A stretch of 64,000 bases of DNA from the human T2T-CHM13v2.0 reference genome, Homo sapiens: NCBI RefSeq assembly GCF_009914755.1, contig NC_060938.1; one strand, written 5' to 3'. Of the stretch, positions 49,138 to 61,589 are shown in pieces. Both the position numbers and the translations under genes were made by a program. A model generated the notes under the pieces. It was not told the DNA's origin, did not search any database, and saw only the letters and a program-made list of their open reading frames with translations. Positions within the stretch are counted from its first letter, which is position 1; each line of letters starts with the position of its first letter.

Positions 49138-49598
49138 TGTTCCCGTTACCTATTGCTGTGTTACAAGCCAGTCTAAAACTTAGTGGCTTGAAACAGAAGG
49201 TCGTTATTATCTCATGGGGTTCTGTGGGTTGACTGGACTCAGCTGGTGGTTCTCACTTTAGGTCTCCTGGGTACTGGGGGCAGATGGTGGCTGGGGCTGG
49301 AGCCACTGGGCTGGCAGCTGGGCTGGGCTGGCCGGCACAGCCAGGGCTGTAGGGCTTCTCTGCCCATTTCTCTCCACCTGGCTCGCTGGGGCTTCCTCAC
49401 AGCAGGTGGCCTCAGGGGAGTTGGATACTGGCATGGCAGCCAGCTTCCCAAGAGGGAGTGTTCCAAGACACAGGAAATGGAAGCTGCTGGGCTGTAAGGC
49501 TGGCCCAGGAACTTGCATGAGCTCTCACCCAAGGGGAGGGAACATGGACCCCTGCCTCATGATTGGAAGGGAGTGAGTGGCCATCTATAATCCCCCAT
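49138..49598 (-). mobile_element. MaLR LTR (MLT1H/I-like)
   Basis: CTATTGCTGTGTTACAA...AAAACTTAGTGGCTTGAAACA...GACTCAGCTGG...GGGCTTCCTCACAGCA. Confidence 0.78.
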
Positions 49599-50635
49599 TG
49601 CTGGGCAAGGTGGATTTTGCAGATCCTGGAGGGCCAAGTATGTAATAGTTCACTCCCCTGTAACATGGGTTCTGCTAGGTCCCTCAGCATAAACCTGGAG
49701 CCTTGCTTGATCCTGCTGGAGACATAGGCCATCACTGGCTCCTGTGGGGGGGCCTGGGTGGTTGGCTTAGACTAGAACCTGCCTCACTGGGGATCTGGGA
49801 GAAGGTCACTCTGGCAGACAGACTGAACCCAGGCAAGCAGTCAACATGCAAGGCCTGTGGAGGATGTGCTGGTGATAGGCAGAGCACAGTGGGAGGGAGT
49901 GGGAGAGGAAAGGTGGGCCCTGGAATGATTCAGGAAGGCAGGCAGGCTGACCTTCAGGCCTCAGGAGCACAGCCAAGGCAACCAGGCAGGTGCAGGGCAG
50001 ACCACTCTCTCTGGGTGAGGGATAGGTATGAAAGTCAACAGCCCAGGCCAGGGTCACCAAGCAGCTTCCTGGGACAAGAGCTCAGCCAGAGGCCGAGTCC
50101 TAAGAGGTGGGCCACACTGTGTACTGGTAAAGCCCAGGTGTCATCCCTGAAACACAGAAGCTGTGGTTCCCAGAACCCAGGGCCCTTGAGGCTCAGCCCC
50201 ATAGAGGTGGGGAGCCCCTTCCAGGCCTCGGGCCCTGATTGCTTCTGAGAACCAAGGCAGGTAAGGTCTGCAGAGAAAAGTCCAGGAGGTGGAGGGGCTG
50301 CCCGGGCTGGGTACCCCGCAGTGCCTGAGTTTATATCCTCTTCCCCTCAGGACGCTAGCCCTGGCTGAGGACCTGCGCAGGATGTTCCAGAGATCCCTTC
50401 AGTTCTGGGGCTTTCTGTAACCAAAGACTGTCCCAGAGCCTGTCACCAAAAACCAGCTCATTCCACAAGGGCCCTGGAAGCTCTGGTTCACATCCAGCAC
50501 TCCTTAGCCTCTGTTCCCTGCATCCTCTAGAGGCATTGATACTAGAGCAATCCTTAAGTGGGACTTAGCAAAGGCCCTGGTGGTTTGGTCTAAGTGTTTG
50601 TGAAATCATTCAATAAGGGACTTAAACATTACCTC

Positions 50636-52900
50636 TTTTTAAAATTTTGAACTAATGTAGAAGTCATTTCCGCACCCAGTGGCCCCTCCCGTGAACATCT
50701 TATATAACCTGAGTGTAATCAGCAAACCCAGGAAGTTACCAACGTGTAATACTATTAACTCAATTGCACACCGATTCAGATTGCACCAGTTTTCCCACAA
50801 ATGTCCTTCCATCCAGGATCCCGTTCCAGATCCCACACTGCTCAGTTGCCATGTCTCCTTATTCCCCTCCAATCTGGGGCAGTTCTTCAGTCTTTCTTTG
50901 TCTTCCATGACCCTAACACTTCAGAAGAGCACTTGTCAGCTATTTTCTTAAATGTCCCTCAGTTTAAGTTTGTCTGAAGTTCTTTTTTGGACTGAGGTTG
51001 TGCACTTTTGGCAAGAATCCCACAGAGCTCATGTTGTGACCTTCTTGGTGCCCCCTATCGGGATTCATGGTGTGGACATCACTGGTGACATTGACCTCGA
51101 TCACTGGGTTAAAGGGATGTCTGCCAGGCTTCACTGTAAAGTCACTGTCTTTTCTTCGTAATTGATAAATACCTTGGAGGAAATACTTTGAGACCATGTG
51201 AATCTCTTTCTCCTCAAACATGAGCTCATTACTTTTAGCATCCATCGGTAGATCTTGTCCACAATAATTATTACTGTGGTGATTGCCTACTGGTGATTTT
51301 TCTGTTTCTCTCTGTCTTTGTAGTCCTACATTTATTTATTGGAACTCTACTGTAAGAAAGAATTGGTCTTTCTCCCCCATTTATGTATGTGATTATTTAC
51401 TTATGTCAATGAAAACTCATAGACATTTCTTTTATCCTGTGATTTATAATCTAATCCTGTGGTTATTTATTTTCTTGCTCAAATTATCCCAGCTTTGGCC
51501 ATTAGAAGTTCCTTCAGGTTTGCTCTTGTGTTTTCAACCAGCCCCTCCACCCCCACCTGTTTTTGGAAGACTTCCTTAACTTTCTGGTATCACAAGATGT
51601 TCAAGGCTTATCTTGTATGTTCCCTTCCTCAACTCTGGAATCAACCACTTCTCCAAGGAGCCCTGGTTCATTTTATTGGAGAATGGCATAGAGAAACCAA
51701 GGTTTGGGTGCCAGGTATGTTTATTGCCACTGAGCTGTCATTGCTTTTAGGCCTTTTAGGGGACATAGCTGGGAATGATATGGACAGGCACTAATCCATG
51801 CGTGCACACTCATCTGTATTTCTGTGTCCACCTACCTGGATGTATATTAAAAACCACGTGTTTATACTGGTATCTCTAATTCTAGTCCAACATCACAAGG
51901 CTCATTTTAACTTTTTCCCTTTCCTGCAATTTTTTTCCCCAACAGCAAGAAACTCAGCTTTTGTTAGCTAAAATATATTTATTTAATTCTAGTATACACT
52001 AAAGTAGTTTCAGATTTATTAACCCATGTCCCCATGAGAAGCACATTTACCCAATTACTGAGTAGGTGATAGCGTTTGTGTACAGTCTTTTTGTCCTCAG
52101 CCTTATGCTATCCAATCAAAATACTGTTTTCCAAAATTACTTAGGTGAGTTCTTTTCTTTCCCACCCCCTTCAGTGTGGTAATACTATTTATTTGTAATA
52201 GTTTGGTCCACTTATTAATGTTTACATTCCATTTTGGGTTTCCTTCCGGTCTTGGTAGGTTTGAATTGCTTTGTGTGGACATATGAAAGACATGCTAAAC
52301 ATCGCAATGCTCCTGAGTCAGATCTATAGCAAAAGATACACTCAGAGAAGCATCACTTCCTCCCCATCCTCGCCATCGTGATCCTACCCCACTCTTCTCT
52401 GCATCCCTTTCTCTTCCACCACCTCTAGGGAACCAGTCTCTTTAATTTCTAGTTTACCCTTCCTGTATTTCTTTTGCATAAGTGAGCAGATGCATGCATG
52501 CATTTTTGTAGCCCCTTTCTTCCATGAGGTGTAGCATACTGTTGTATGTTACATGTCTGTTGCATGCACTTTCACACTTTGCTTTTCTAAGTTAACATTG
52601 GGTCCTTGAAATCTCTCCAAGTCCATTCATAGGGTCCTTCCTCCTTCCTTTTTGCCACCACATCGTACTCTGTGTGGACATGCCATGGTTTATTCAGCCC
52701 TTCTCCTATATCTGAGCATTTAGGTTGCTTTTCGTATTTTTGCATTTACAAATGAGGCTGCAGTGGATGAACTTGCGTGTGTGTTTTCATAGCATTGGAG
52801 CTTATCTTCAGGGTAGAGTCCAAGAAATGGAGTTGCACAGTTGCAAGGGAAATGTATATGTGGTTTTGTTAAGTGTTGCCAATTTTGTTTCCAGAAAGCT
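50636..52900 (-). mobile_element. Ancient L1 (L1MC-type 3' end followed by L1M/ME-type sequence)
   Basis: CCAGGATCCCGTTCCAGATCCCACA, CAACTCTGGAATCAACCACTTCTCCAAGGAGCCCTGGTTC and GCATTTAGGTTGCTTTTC reverse L1 signatures. Confidence 0.8.
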
Positions 52901-52984
52901 TTGCCTTCAAGGGTTGGAAAATAGTTATTTCTTGTTGGAAGTCAACGGTAAGCATAAGGGGCAAGGTGGGGGTATTGCTACTCT

Positions 52985-53899
52985 TCTTATGGGATCTTTA
53001 GAATGTTGCTTTTCTGGCCAGAAATCTCTGTGGCCAGTGGTGCCTTTGCCCAAGTTCTTGTCCGGCATCCAGGAAGAATGAGGTATGCAGACAAGTGGAG
53101 GGTGAGCAAGATGAAGAGGTGCTTTACTGAGTGTTACAACAGCTCAGAGGAGATCTGCAATGGGTAGCTCCTCTCTGTAGGCAGGTCATCCCATTGAGCG
53201 TACAGCTCTCAGCAGAGAAGAGACCCTGGAGTGAGTGGCTTCTTTATGCCAGCAGGTCATCCCACCATTTCTGCAGCTCTCAGCAGAGAGGAGGCCCTGA
53301 AGAGGGTGACTCCTCTTTGCAGCTGAGTCTCAACATCTGTGCAGATCTCTGAAGCCCTCAGCAGAGAGGATAGATCCTCTCTGCAGCTGGTCCTCCTGTG
53401 GTCTCTCTGTCCTCTCTGACCTCTGCCCTGCTCTGGCTGAACCTGGGGCTTTTATGGACCTCAGAGGAGAGGAAGTGTGTGTCAGTTGGTCCATGGGCAG
53501 CCATGGGTGGGCCTGGAAAAGGCACCACAAGTCCCCAGTTTGATCTGCAGGACTGGCAGTCTGGCCCCCAGCCTTCAGGCCCTCCCTGGCCTTAAGGTGG
53601 AGCATTCCTAGGGACCTGCCTGCTTCTGCTCAGGAATCTGTCTGCCTCCTGATGCTGTTCATGGCACCTGGGCTTGGCCCCAGTTTTGCTCTGAGATCAG
53701 AGCAGATGCCAACAGCAGGGAGAAGTCAGATAGTGGGAAGAGGCACTTCCGAAGCTATGAGGGCAGGGATGACTTCCCAGGTCCCCAAGAGTGCAGGGAG
53801 GCCTGAGTCTGCAGCCATGGTTTGGGCAGCTGCAGCTGCACCCAGTGGGGTGGGGCTCCTGCCTACTCAGCCGCTCCAGACGACCTGCCACTGCCATCA
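52985..53899 (-). mobile_element. ERV1 solo LTR (MER52-like)
   Basis: Ends ...CTCCAGACGACCTGCCACTGCCATCA; internal CAGCTCTCAGCAGAGA repeats; CCATGGGCAGCCATGGG; 4-bp TSD CTCT at 52981-52984 and 53900-53903. Confidence 0.8.
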
Positions 53900-54019
53900 C
53901 TCTGATGGAGGCTCTTTCTCACCAGGCAACGATCTGTCAGGCAAAGTGCGTCCTCCCATCTGTCCTCTTAGCATCAAGGAAAGGCAGATGCTGGTCTCTC
54001 ATGACAACTTACTGAGGAC

Positions 54020-54370
54020 TCTCATATACGCTGCCTCGTTTTGTCCTCTAACAACATCATGAAGGATCTGAGCTTACTCTACTGTTGGCTCCATTTTAAA
54101 GGCAAGGAAACTGAGGCTAAGAGAAGTTAAGAGATTTTCCCTTGGTCACAGAGTTAGTTGGGATCACAAGAGTCTCAAAATCAGTTTTCTCAGATTATGG
54201 CCTTCTTCCCCTCTCCATGTACACTATTGGAACCATAAGAGGCCTTGGCTATCACCCAGTTTGAGCCCATCATGAATCCATTACAGATGAGGACCAGAGA
54301 GGGAAGTTGATGTAGTTTAGGTGACACAGCTCAGTGAGGGCCATACCTGGAACCCAAATCCCTGGGTCCT
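54020..54370 (-). mobile_element. MIR fragments
   Basis: GGAAACTGAGGCTAAGAGAAGTTAAG...GGTCACA and TTACAGATGAGGA...GGTGACACAGC. Confidence 0.7.
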
Positions 54371-54727
54371 TCCCCTACTCCCTGTTAGTCCTGGGAATTG
54401 GAGGTAGAGTAGCCCTGGCAAGTGGGGTCCATGGCCCAGTGGAAGTGGCAGGTAGGCGGGGGGTGACGTTGCTGGGCTGGAGGTCTGCACCACAGGCCTG
54501 CGTCTCATCTCTGCTGTTGAAGCATCCTTTCCTCAGAGATACCTGATGACTTGGGTTCCTCAGGGAAGTCTGGACTAACAGAATTAACTTTTCCCACAAG
54601 TGAAAAACGTGTTCTCGTTGAGCAAAGGAAATTTTGATTAATTTACCCTTAAGTGTCAGTACAGGGAGCTGTTTTTTCTCTTTAGATCAGTGTTTAAACT
54701 TTTCTCACTCAACACACAGTAAACTAA

Positions 54728-55092
<365 letters not shown>

Positions 55093-55744
55093 GCTGCCAT
55101 CTCTTTATAGGGAAATCCAGCTAGGTGGGCTGGGCTAGGCTGTCCCTACCCCCCATCTCAGCTGCCTCTCAGAGTGAGCCAATGCATGCACTCACTCTCA
55201 GTACTGAACACTGCGGCTGCCCCAGGCCAGGCTCAGGGGCCAGAGGACATGGAGGTGAATCTGACCCACCCAGGCCTGTCCTTCCAAAGGAGCTCAGTTT
55301 AGTGGGGAAAGACCCAAATCAAGAGATGGTGACAGGATAGGGCAGGAGTTGCCCAGACATCCGAAGACGGGGTCCTGGGAAATGCTACCAATGGAATCGA
55401 GCTTCAAAGGGCCAGCAGTAGTTCTTCAAGCCAGGAAGAGCATGTGAACAAATGCACAGGGGTTAGAGCCCCAGCAGGCGGTGGTGGGACTGGAATGTGG
55501 GGGGCATTTGAGGGCAGGCAGGAGATGGGCAGCACCTGGGAGTCATGTTGGCTGCGTGATTTAAATCGCAACTCGGTGTATGATCATTTCTTTACTTTTT
55601 TCACTGCCGTATCCCTAGTACCTACAAACTTCCTGGAGTGTTGCAGAGCTTCACTAATTATTTAAGTCTCAATTCCTTATCTCTAAAATGCAGATAATGC
55701 TTATTTTTGTCTGTGCTGTCGCTGTGTCTCTAGAATAGGGTCTT

Positions 55745-55867
55745 GGCTGGGCACGGTGGCTCACGCCTGTAATCCCAACATTTGGTGGAGGTGGGCAGAT
55801 CACTTGAGCCCAAGAGTTTGAGACCAGCCTGGGCAGCAGAGTGAGACCTCGTCTGTAAAAAACAAAA
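55745..55867 (+). mobile_element. FLAM (free left Alu monomer)
   Basis: Left arm only, short A tail; degenerate TSD TAGAATAGGGTC / TAGAATGGGGCC. Confidence 0.85.
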
Positions 55868-57761
55868 TAGAATGGGGCCAGCGTAGATTAAATACTAAAT
55901 AAATATTTGTTGAGTGGGTGAATGGATGGAGGAACTGTGTATTTATTAATTAGTAGCTATGACGTTTATCATCATGTGTGGCTGGATAGTAGCTACTGGC
56001 CCCATCATGACAGATATCAAGTACAAAGCCAGATCCAGCAACATCTTGGCAATTAGGGAGGGGAAGCACTGTAATTAATACTAATCATTGTGAACCTTCG
56101 TTGATCAGACTAAATGCTTTACAGATATTTTATCTCTTCACTGGTTCTTTGGAACTCCTGGGAGTAATTCCTATCACCAGGGATGGCCTGGCTGCCGTCT
56201 CCCTTGAGTGGCTTGTCTGATGACAGCCAGGCCATTCTGTGGCTGCCTGTGCTGGGCATGGGCATGTGTGGAGGAGCTTGTCCTTTGGAAAACTCTTGCC
56301 CAGCCCCTGACGAAGACCTTGCCTGGGTTCAGACTTTGTCACTCAGAGGCTCCCAGCTCATTTCCTGAAAGCCTGGAAGGCAGCTGTGGAATGTTGGCAG
56401 AGCTGGCGGCCACCCTGTCTAGACATTTAGTCCTGGAGAGCCGGTTACCCATTTTACTTACTGTGGTTTGATTTTAGGAGCCAAGTGAGTTTCAAAAATT
56501 TAATATAAAGTATCTAATGCATACAAGAGTATACATAGTGTATATGTGTGATTGAAAAAATAAACAGGAATTGAACATCCATGTACCTATTGCATCTAAT
56601 GAATAAATTCCACAGGTGCCTTGCATGACTTACAAGGGCCTCTGTTCTAGTCCCCGCTTCCCCCTCCAGCCTCAGCTCTTAGGACAGCCCCCTCACCATG
56701 CTGCTGCGCCAGCCCTACTCGATGTAGCATTCCGCACTTCCACATTTTCTTCACATCTGCCAGTCCCCTGCCTCGTTGCCCTTCTCCCACCATCAGCTGA
56801 GATGGTCCTACTGGCCTTTGATGTCTCAGCTCAGACCTCCTATCTTGTGGAGACAGTTCACTGCGTGCCCTCTCTGCAGTGCCCTGGGCCCTCATCACCA
56901 TAGTGATCAATTTGTGTTTTCCGTTCACTGGGCCATGAGCTCGTTGAGGGCCAGGGCCCTTGTCTTCCATTTGTACATGCCCGTTGTTATGGGCAGCTGT
57001 GTTTTAGGTGACCACTGAGGTCTCTTCTTGGAAGGGAGAAGTTGATGCTTCCTCTGTGTTCTGGCCTCATCTGCTAGATTTGTCAGACAACGATGCTAAA
57101 TTTCCAGGCAGGAGCTTGCCATCGTAGATAGGATCAGCGTGAACCTTCCCCGCTCCAAAATATGGAAATGTTCTCAAGACGGAGAAACACTCAGAATTAC
57201 AGTTGAGCCTGAGCCACTCCATTGAAAGCAGCCAGCAAGTAATGGAAAGAATTTGGATAGAATAATCCCTGTCTTCCTTTTCCGGAATGTCTGGTACCTT
57301 TTAGCACATCAGGGAGCAAAGATTTAGTTCTGAGACTGGCATTATTTTGACAAACAAGTTGGTACTAGAATTAAATGACCCAAAACCCAACTCCCATTCA
57401 GCCTAAACATCTCTGCTGTACTATAGAAAGGCTGTCAGAACCTCCTTCATTTGTCATTTTTCACATACAGCAATGGCCCCTTTTGGTTTTCAAATTCCAG
57501 CCTCTCAGGCAGAGAGATACTGACATGAAGATTTCTCCTTGCATACCGGCGTTGTTCTTGTCACTTGGCTGGTGAGGTTCTTTGAGGATTGTTGGAAAAC
57601 AGAAGCACTCGTAGTCTTCGTAGTTTTATTTATTTATATATTGATTGCTTTGAACATGATAAAAGTAAATTAACATAATCAACTATGTTATAGAACATTT
57701 CTGAATTTTTCCCCCAGCATGTTTTTCCTAAACAAGTAAGGTTTTAAAAATCTTACTTGCA

Positions 57762-58215
57762 CTATATTGTACTTTGTATTTTTACTTTAGTCCCCATAAT
57801 CATGTTGAATTTATGTGATCATTGATTTTATTTAATATGGAAAAGCAAATTTCTTCTTAAATTTACATTACCTAATATTCTCACTGGCTACGTTCTGCAT
57901 TCGACACTGCCTTTTATTGTAATATTGTCTAAATAGATGCAGAAAAATGGAATTTTCTCTATTAAAGTATTTTACATTTGAAATATAAAAGAACTAGATA
58001 ACAGTTTTCTATTCAAATGTGTTTATTTTAACATTGTTTGGTTAAAAAAGATAGATGAAGTTCCAGTCAACCACTTTTTCCCCCTGAAATTTCAAGATAA
58101 TGCTGTATTAACTTTTCTAGATCTAACACTAGCTTATCCTTCCCTCTTACAAAATTGTTTGAACTTACTGAGAAAATATTCCCATCATTAACAAAAATAA
58201 ACTAATAGAAAAAAA
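57762..58215 (+). pseudogene. Candidate 5'-truncated retrocopy of an mRNA 3'UTR (parent not identified)
   Basis: AT-rich UTR-like text; AATAAA at 58196-58201 followed by A7; degenerate TSD AAAAATCTTACTTGCA (57746-57761) / AAAAATTATTTGCA (58211-58224) at a TTTT/AAAA site. Confidence 0.6.
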
Positions 58216-58248
58216 TTATTTGCAGTCATAAGTAGAACTGAATTTTAA

Positions 58249-58596
<348 letters not shown>

Positions 58597-58643
58597 GGGC
58601 ATCTTTTTTTTTTTACCTCATGGTCTTTGTCACCATCATTTTC

Positions 58644-58960
58644 TTTCCTTTTTTTTTTTTTTTAAATTCTACTCTAAGTTCTGGGATACACGTGCAGAAC
58701 CTGCAGGTTTGTTAAATAGGTATACATGTACCATGGTGGTTTGCTGCACCCATCAACCCATCATCATCTAGGTTTTAAGCCCCGCATGCATTGGGTATTT
58801 GTCTTAATGCTCTCCCTCCCCTTGTCCCCCACTCCCCGACAGGCTCCGGTGTGTGATGTTCCCCTCCCTGTGTCCATGTGTTCTCATTGTTCAACTCCCA
58901 CTTATGAGTGAGAACATGCGGCGTTTGGTTTTCTGTTCCTGTGTTAGTTTGCTGAGAATG
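58644..58960 (-). mobile_element. L1PA (L1PA8-like) 3' end, 5'-truncated
   Basis: Reverse L1PA 3'UTR including GGTTTTAAGCCCCGCATGCATT; TSD GTCACCATCATTTTC at 58629-58643 and 58961-58975. Confidence 0.92.
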
Positions 58961-59218
58961 GTCACCATCATTTTCAGCTGCCAGGTAATGCATCAGTGAG
59001 TCGTAATCACACGAATTTTTCATTCCGCAATTTACTATTGATCACTGAGTGGCTTGGCAAGGGACAAACTCCATTTCTTAGAATTGGCTCTGAGAAATTG
59101 GTCTAGAGAAGTCATAAAGAGGAAACCTCACCAGCAAATAGAGGCTGCAGAAAGTGCCAGGACCCAGCATCTTGGATATCGCTCAGCCATGGTCTGTCCA
59201 GCAGGGTCACTAACCTAG

Positions 59219-59536
<318 letters not shown>

Positions 59537-59599
59537 CCTAGGTGGACTTTATAGCAACCTTGGATAAATATGGGCCAGAGGAGAAGGCAAACAGTAACC

Positions 59600-60140
59600 A
59601 ATTGACAGCCTTGGAAGAGTGCTAATGAACTAGTTGGTATTAAGCTGGAAACCTAGTCAAAAACTGGAAGGTGAGTAACTGTATGGAGAGGGTGCACATC
59701 CAGTGTGTGGATGATCTGAAGCTGGGAGGAGAGTGACTGTGTAGGAAGACAATCATCTAGAAGCCAAGGCAAACTCAACAGATTGGCACAGTGGGCAGAG
59801 GTCAGCCCCCTGGACTGTAATGTAAATACTAAGTCCTATTCTTGGGTTAAAAATGCTCACCTTCCACAAACAGGGAGCAATGTGATTTTGTAGCATCGTA
59901 AGTCATGGCATACTGTGGTGACCCCAAAGTGAAGTGGTTCTTATTAGCATCCATGGATGTGCCACATCCAGGAGGGAGAGGACAAACCTGCCCAGTTTGG
60001 GCTGAAAATCTTTCCCTTATGTTTTCCTTATGCATGCTGTGATTTTAGGGTGGGCCTTCCCAGGAGAAGGGATCATGATTAGGAGTGGCTATGTGGACAA
60101 GTAGGGAACAGAAGGTGCTTAGCTGGACAAAAGGGCTTGT
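59600..60140 (+). mobile_element. CR1/L3 LINE reverse-transcriptase-region fossil
   Basis: 59704-59730 reads CVDDLKLGG (CR1 consensus FADDTKLGG); downstream AAATACTAAGTCCTATTCTTGGG is CR1-like. Confidence 0.6.
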
Positions 60141-60163
60141 GAAGTCATGAGAATGAGCCTCTG

Positions 60164-60400
60164 TCATCATTGTCATCATCATCAATCATCATCATCACCA
60201 CTTAATCATAGTGGCTGCCATTCATCAAGCTAGGAGACTTAGAACTAATGTCTTTAATCCTACAAGCTACTGTTATCCCTACTTTATAGGTGAGGAAACT
60301 GAAGCTCAGAGAGATGAAGCAGCTTGCCCCAGTCACATAGCTGATAAACCACTGAGACAAAATTGGATCCCAGCTATATCTGAAGCCAGAGTTGTCATTC
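60164..60400 (-). mobile_element. MIR with a (CAT)n tail
   Basis: CCCTACTTTATAGGTGAGGAAACTGAAGCTCAGAGAG...AGTCACATAGC. Confidence 0.8.
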
Positions 60401-60694
60401 CTTCCGTATCAATTTTTCAAAAACCGTGGTGCTCCCTTGCAGAGGATAACAAGGACTTGCTTTTGTTTAGTTCCTGGTTATAAAAGTAGTTCCAGTGGGT
60501 GCAAGCTAAGCGAGAATATTTTGTTTTAAAGCAAAGGGCTTTCCTGACTGAGCTGTCGGCAGGTAGAATATACTTCCTGAGAGGTGGTAAATTCCAGAAT
60601 GATAGGAAGTCTTCAAGAGGAGGCTTGGTTAGCACTGTGTGTTCTAGAGGGAGCTCAAAGAAGCCAACAAAATAACCTTGAATACCCCTTCTGT

Positions 60695-61100
60695 ACAAGT
60701 AAAAGCTCTGGTTGCATGCAACAGATACTGGTAAGAAATGGGTTCCAACTGCCTTAAGCAAAAACACTGTTTTTTGCAGGGATATGGGGTAGTTCATGGG
60801 ATAGAAGGAAATGGTGAGCTGAGCTTTAAAAAGGGCAAAAGTCAGCCTGGCTGCAGGCATCCAGGCGGCAGCAGCTAATGGAACCTCATTTCAGCACCGT
60901 GGCTAGGATGAGTCAGTGTTTACAGTTGACCCACCTGCTATCACCCTACCTAAGACTAAGCTCCAGAGACAGAGCATCTTATAGGCTTAGCCAGGATCCA
61001 GACCCATCCCCATGGCAGCTTGATTGACAGCCTCCATTAGGAAGGGTAATTTTCCAGAGGAAAATCGAGACCAAAGAAAGACCATGAATGCTGGTTAGGC
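60695..61100 (-). mobile_element. Old MaLR-like LTR fragment
   Basis: CTCTGGTTGCATGCAACAGA...CAACTGCCTTAAGCAAAAA resembles the reverse start of MLT1K/L. Confidence 0.45.
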
Positions 61101-61589
61101 CCAGTGAGCCATGACCTCCGTGCCTTCTAGCCCTGCCCGGCTGGGATTCCACACTGAACCCTGAGTCCCCCTGCAGGGCTCTCCCTAGCTGCTCTGCAGC
61201 CTCTAGGCCCAGGCCACACACGGCGCTGTGTCACTGTATACTCGTGGTTTATTTTCCAAGACACGCATCCTAATTAAGCAAATGATTAAAAACTCTCAAG
61301 TGTGCTCATCGGAAGCAGCCCAACAGAGGACTGGCTTGCTGGGAACTGTGCTTGAAAGTGAGTTGCCCATCGCCTTAGCACAGTAGGGGTGCTGATGAGG
61401 AGCACTCTGTCTTTCCAGAAAAGTGGCTCCCTTCCTGGTTACCATGCGGGGCTTCTTTTGGCATTCAGCACAGCACTTAATATACCCAGTCTTTAAAACC
61501 CTGTGTTTTTTAAAAAAAATTGTTTTTGCTAATTAATTTGTTTTAATATCAGTATTGTTTTATTGTTAATTATGCAGTTAACTAGTAAG

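Noticed and set aside
60890-60910. RE1/REST-like TTCAGCACCGTGGCTAG
   Set aside because: The left half matches, but the right half departs from GGACAG and it lies in a probable LTR remnant.
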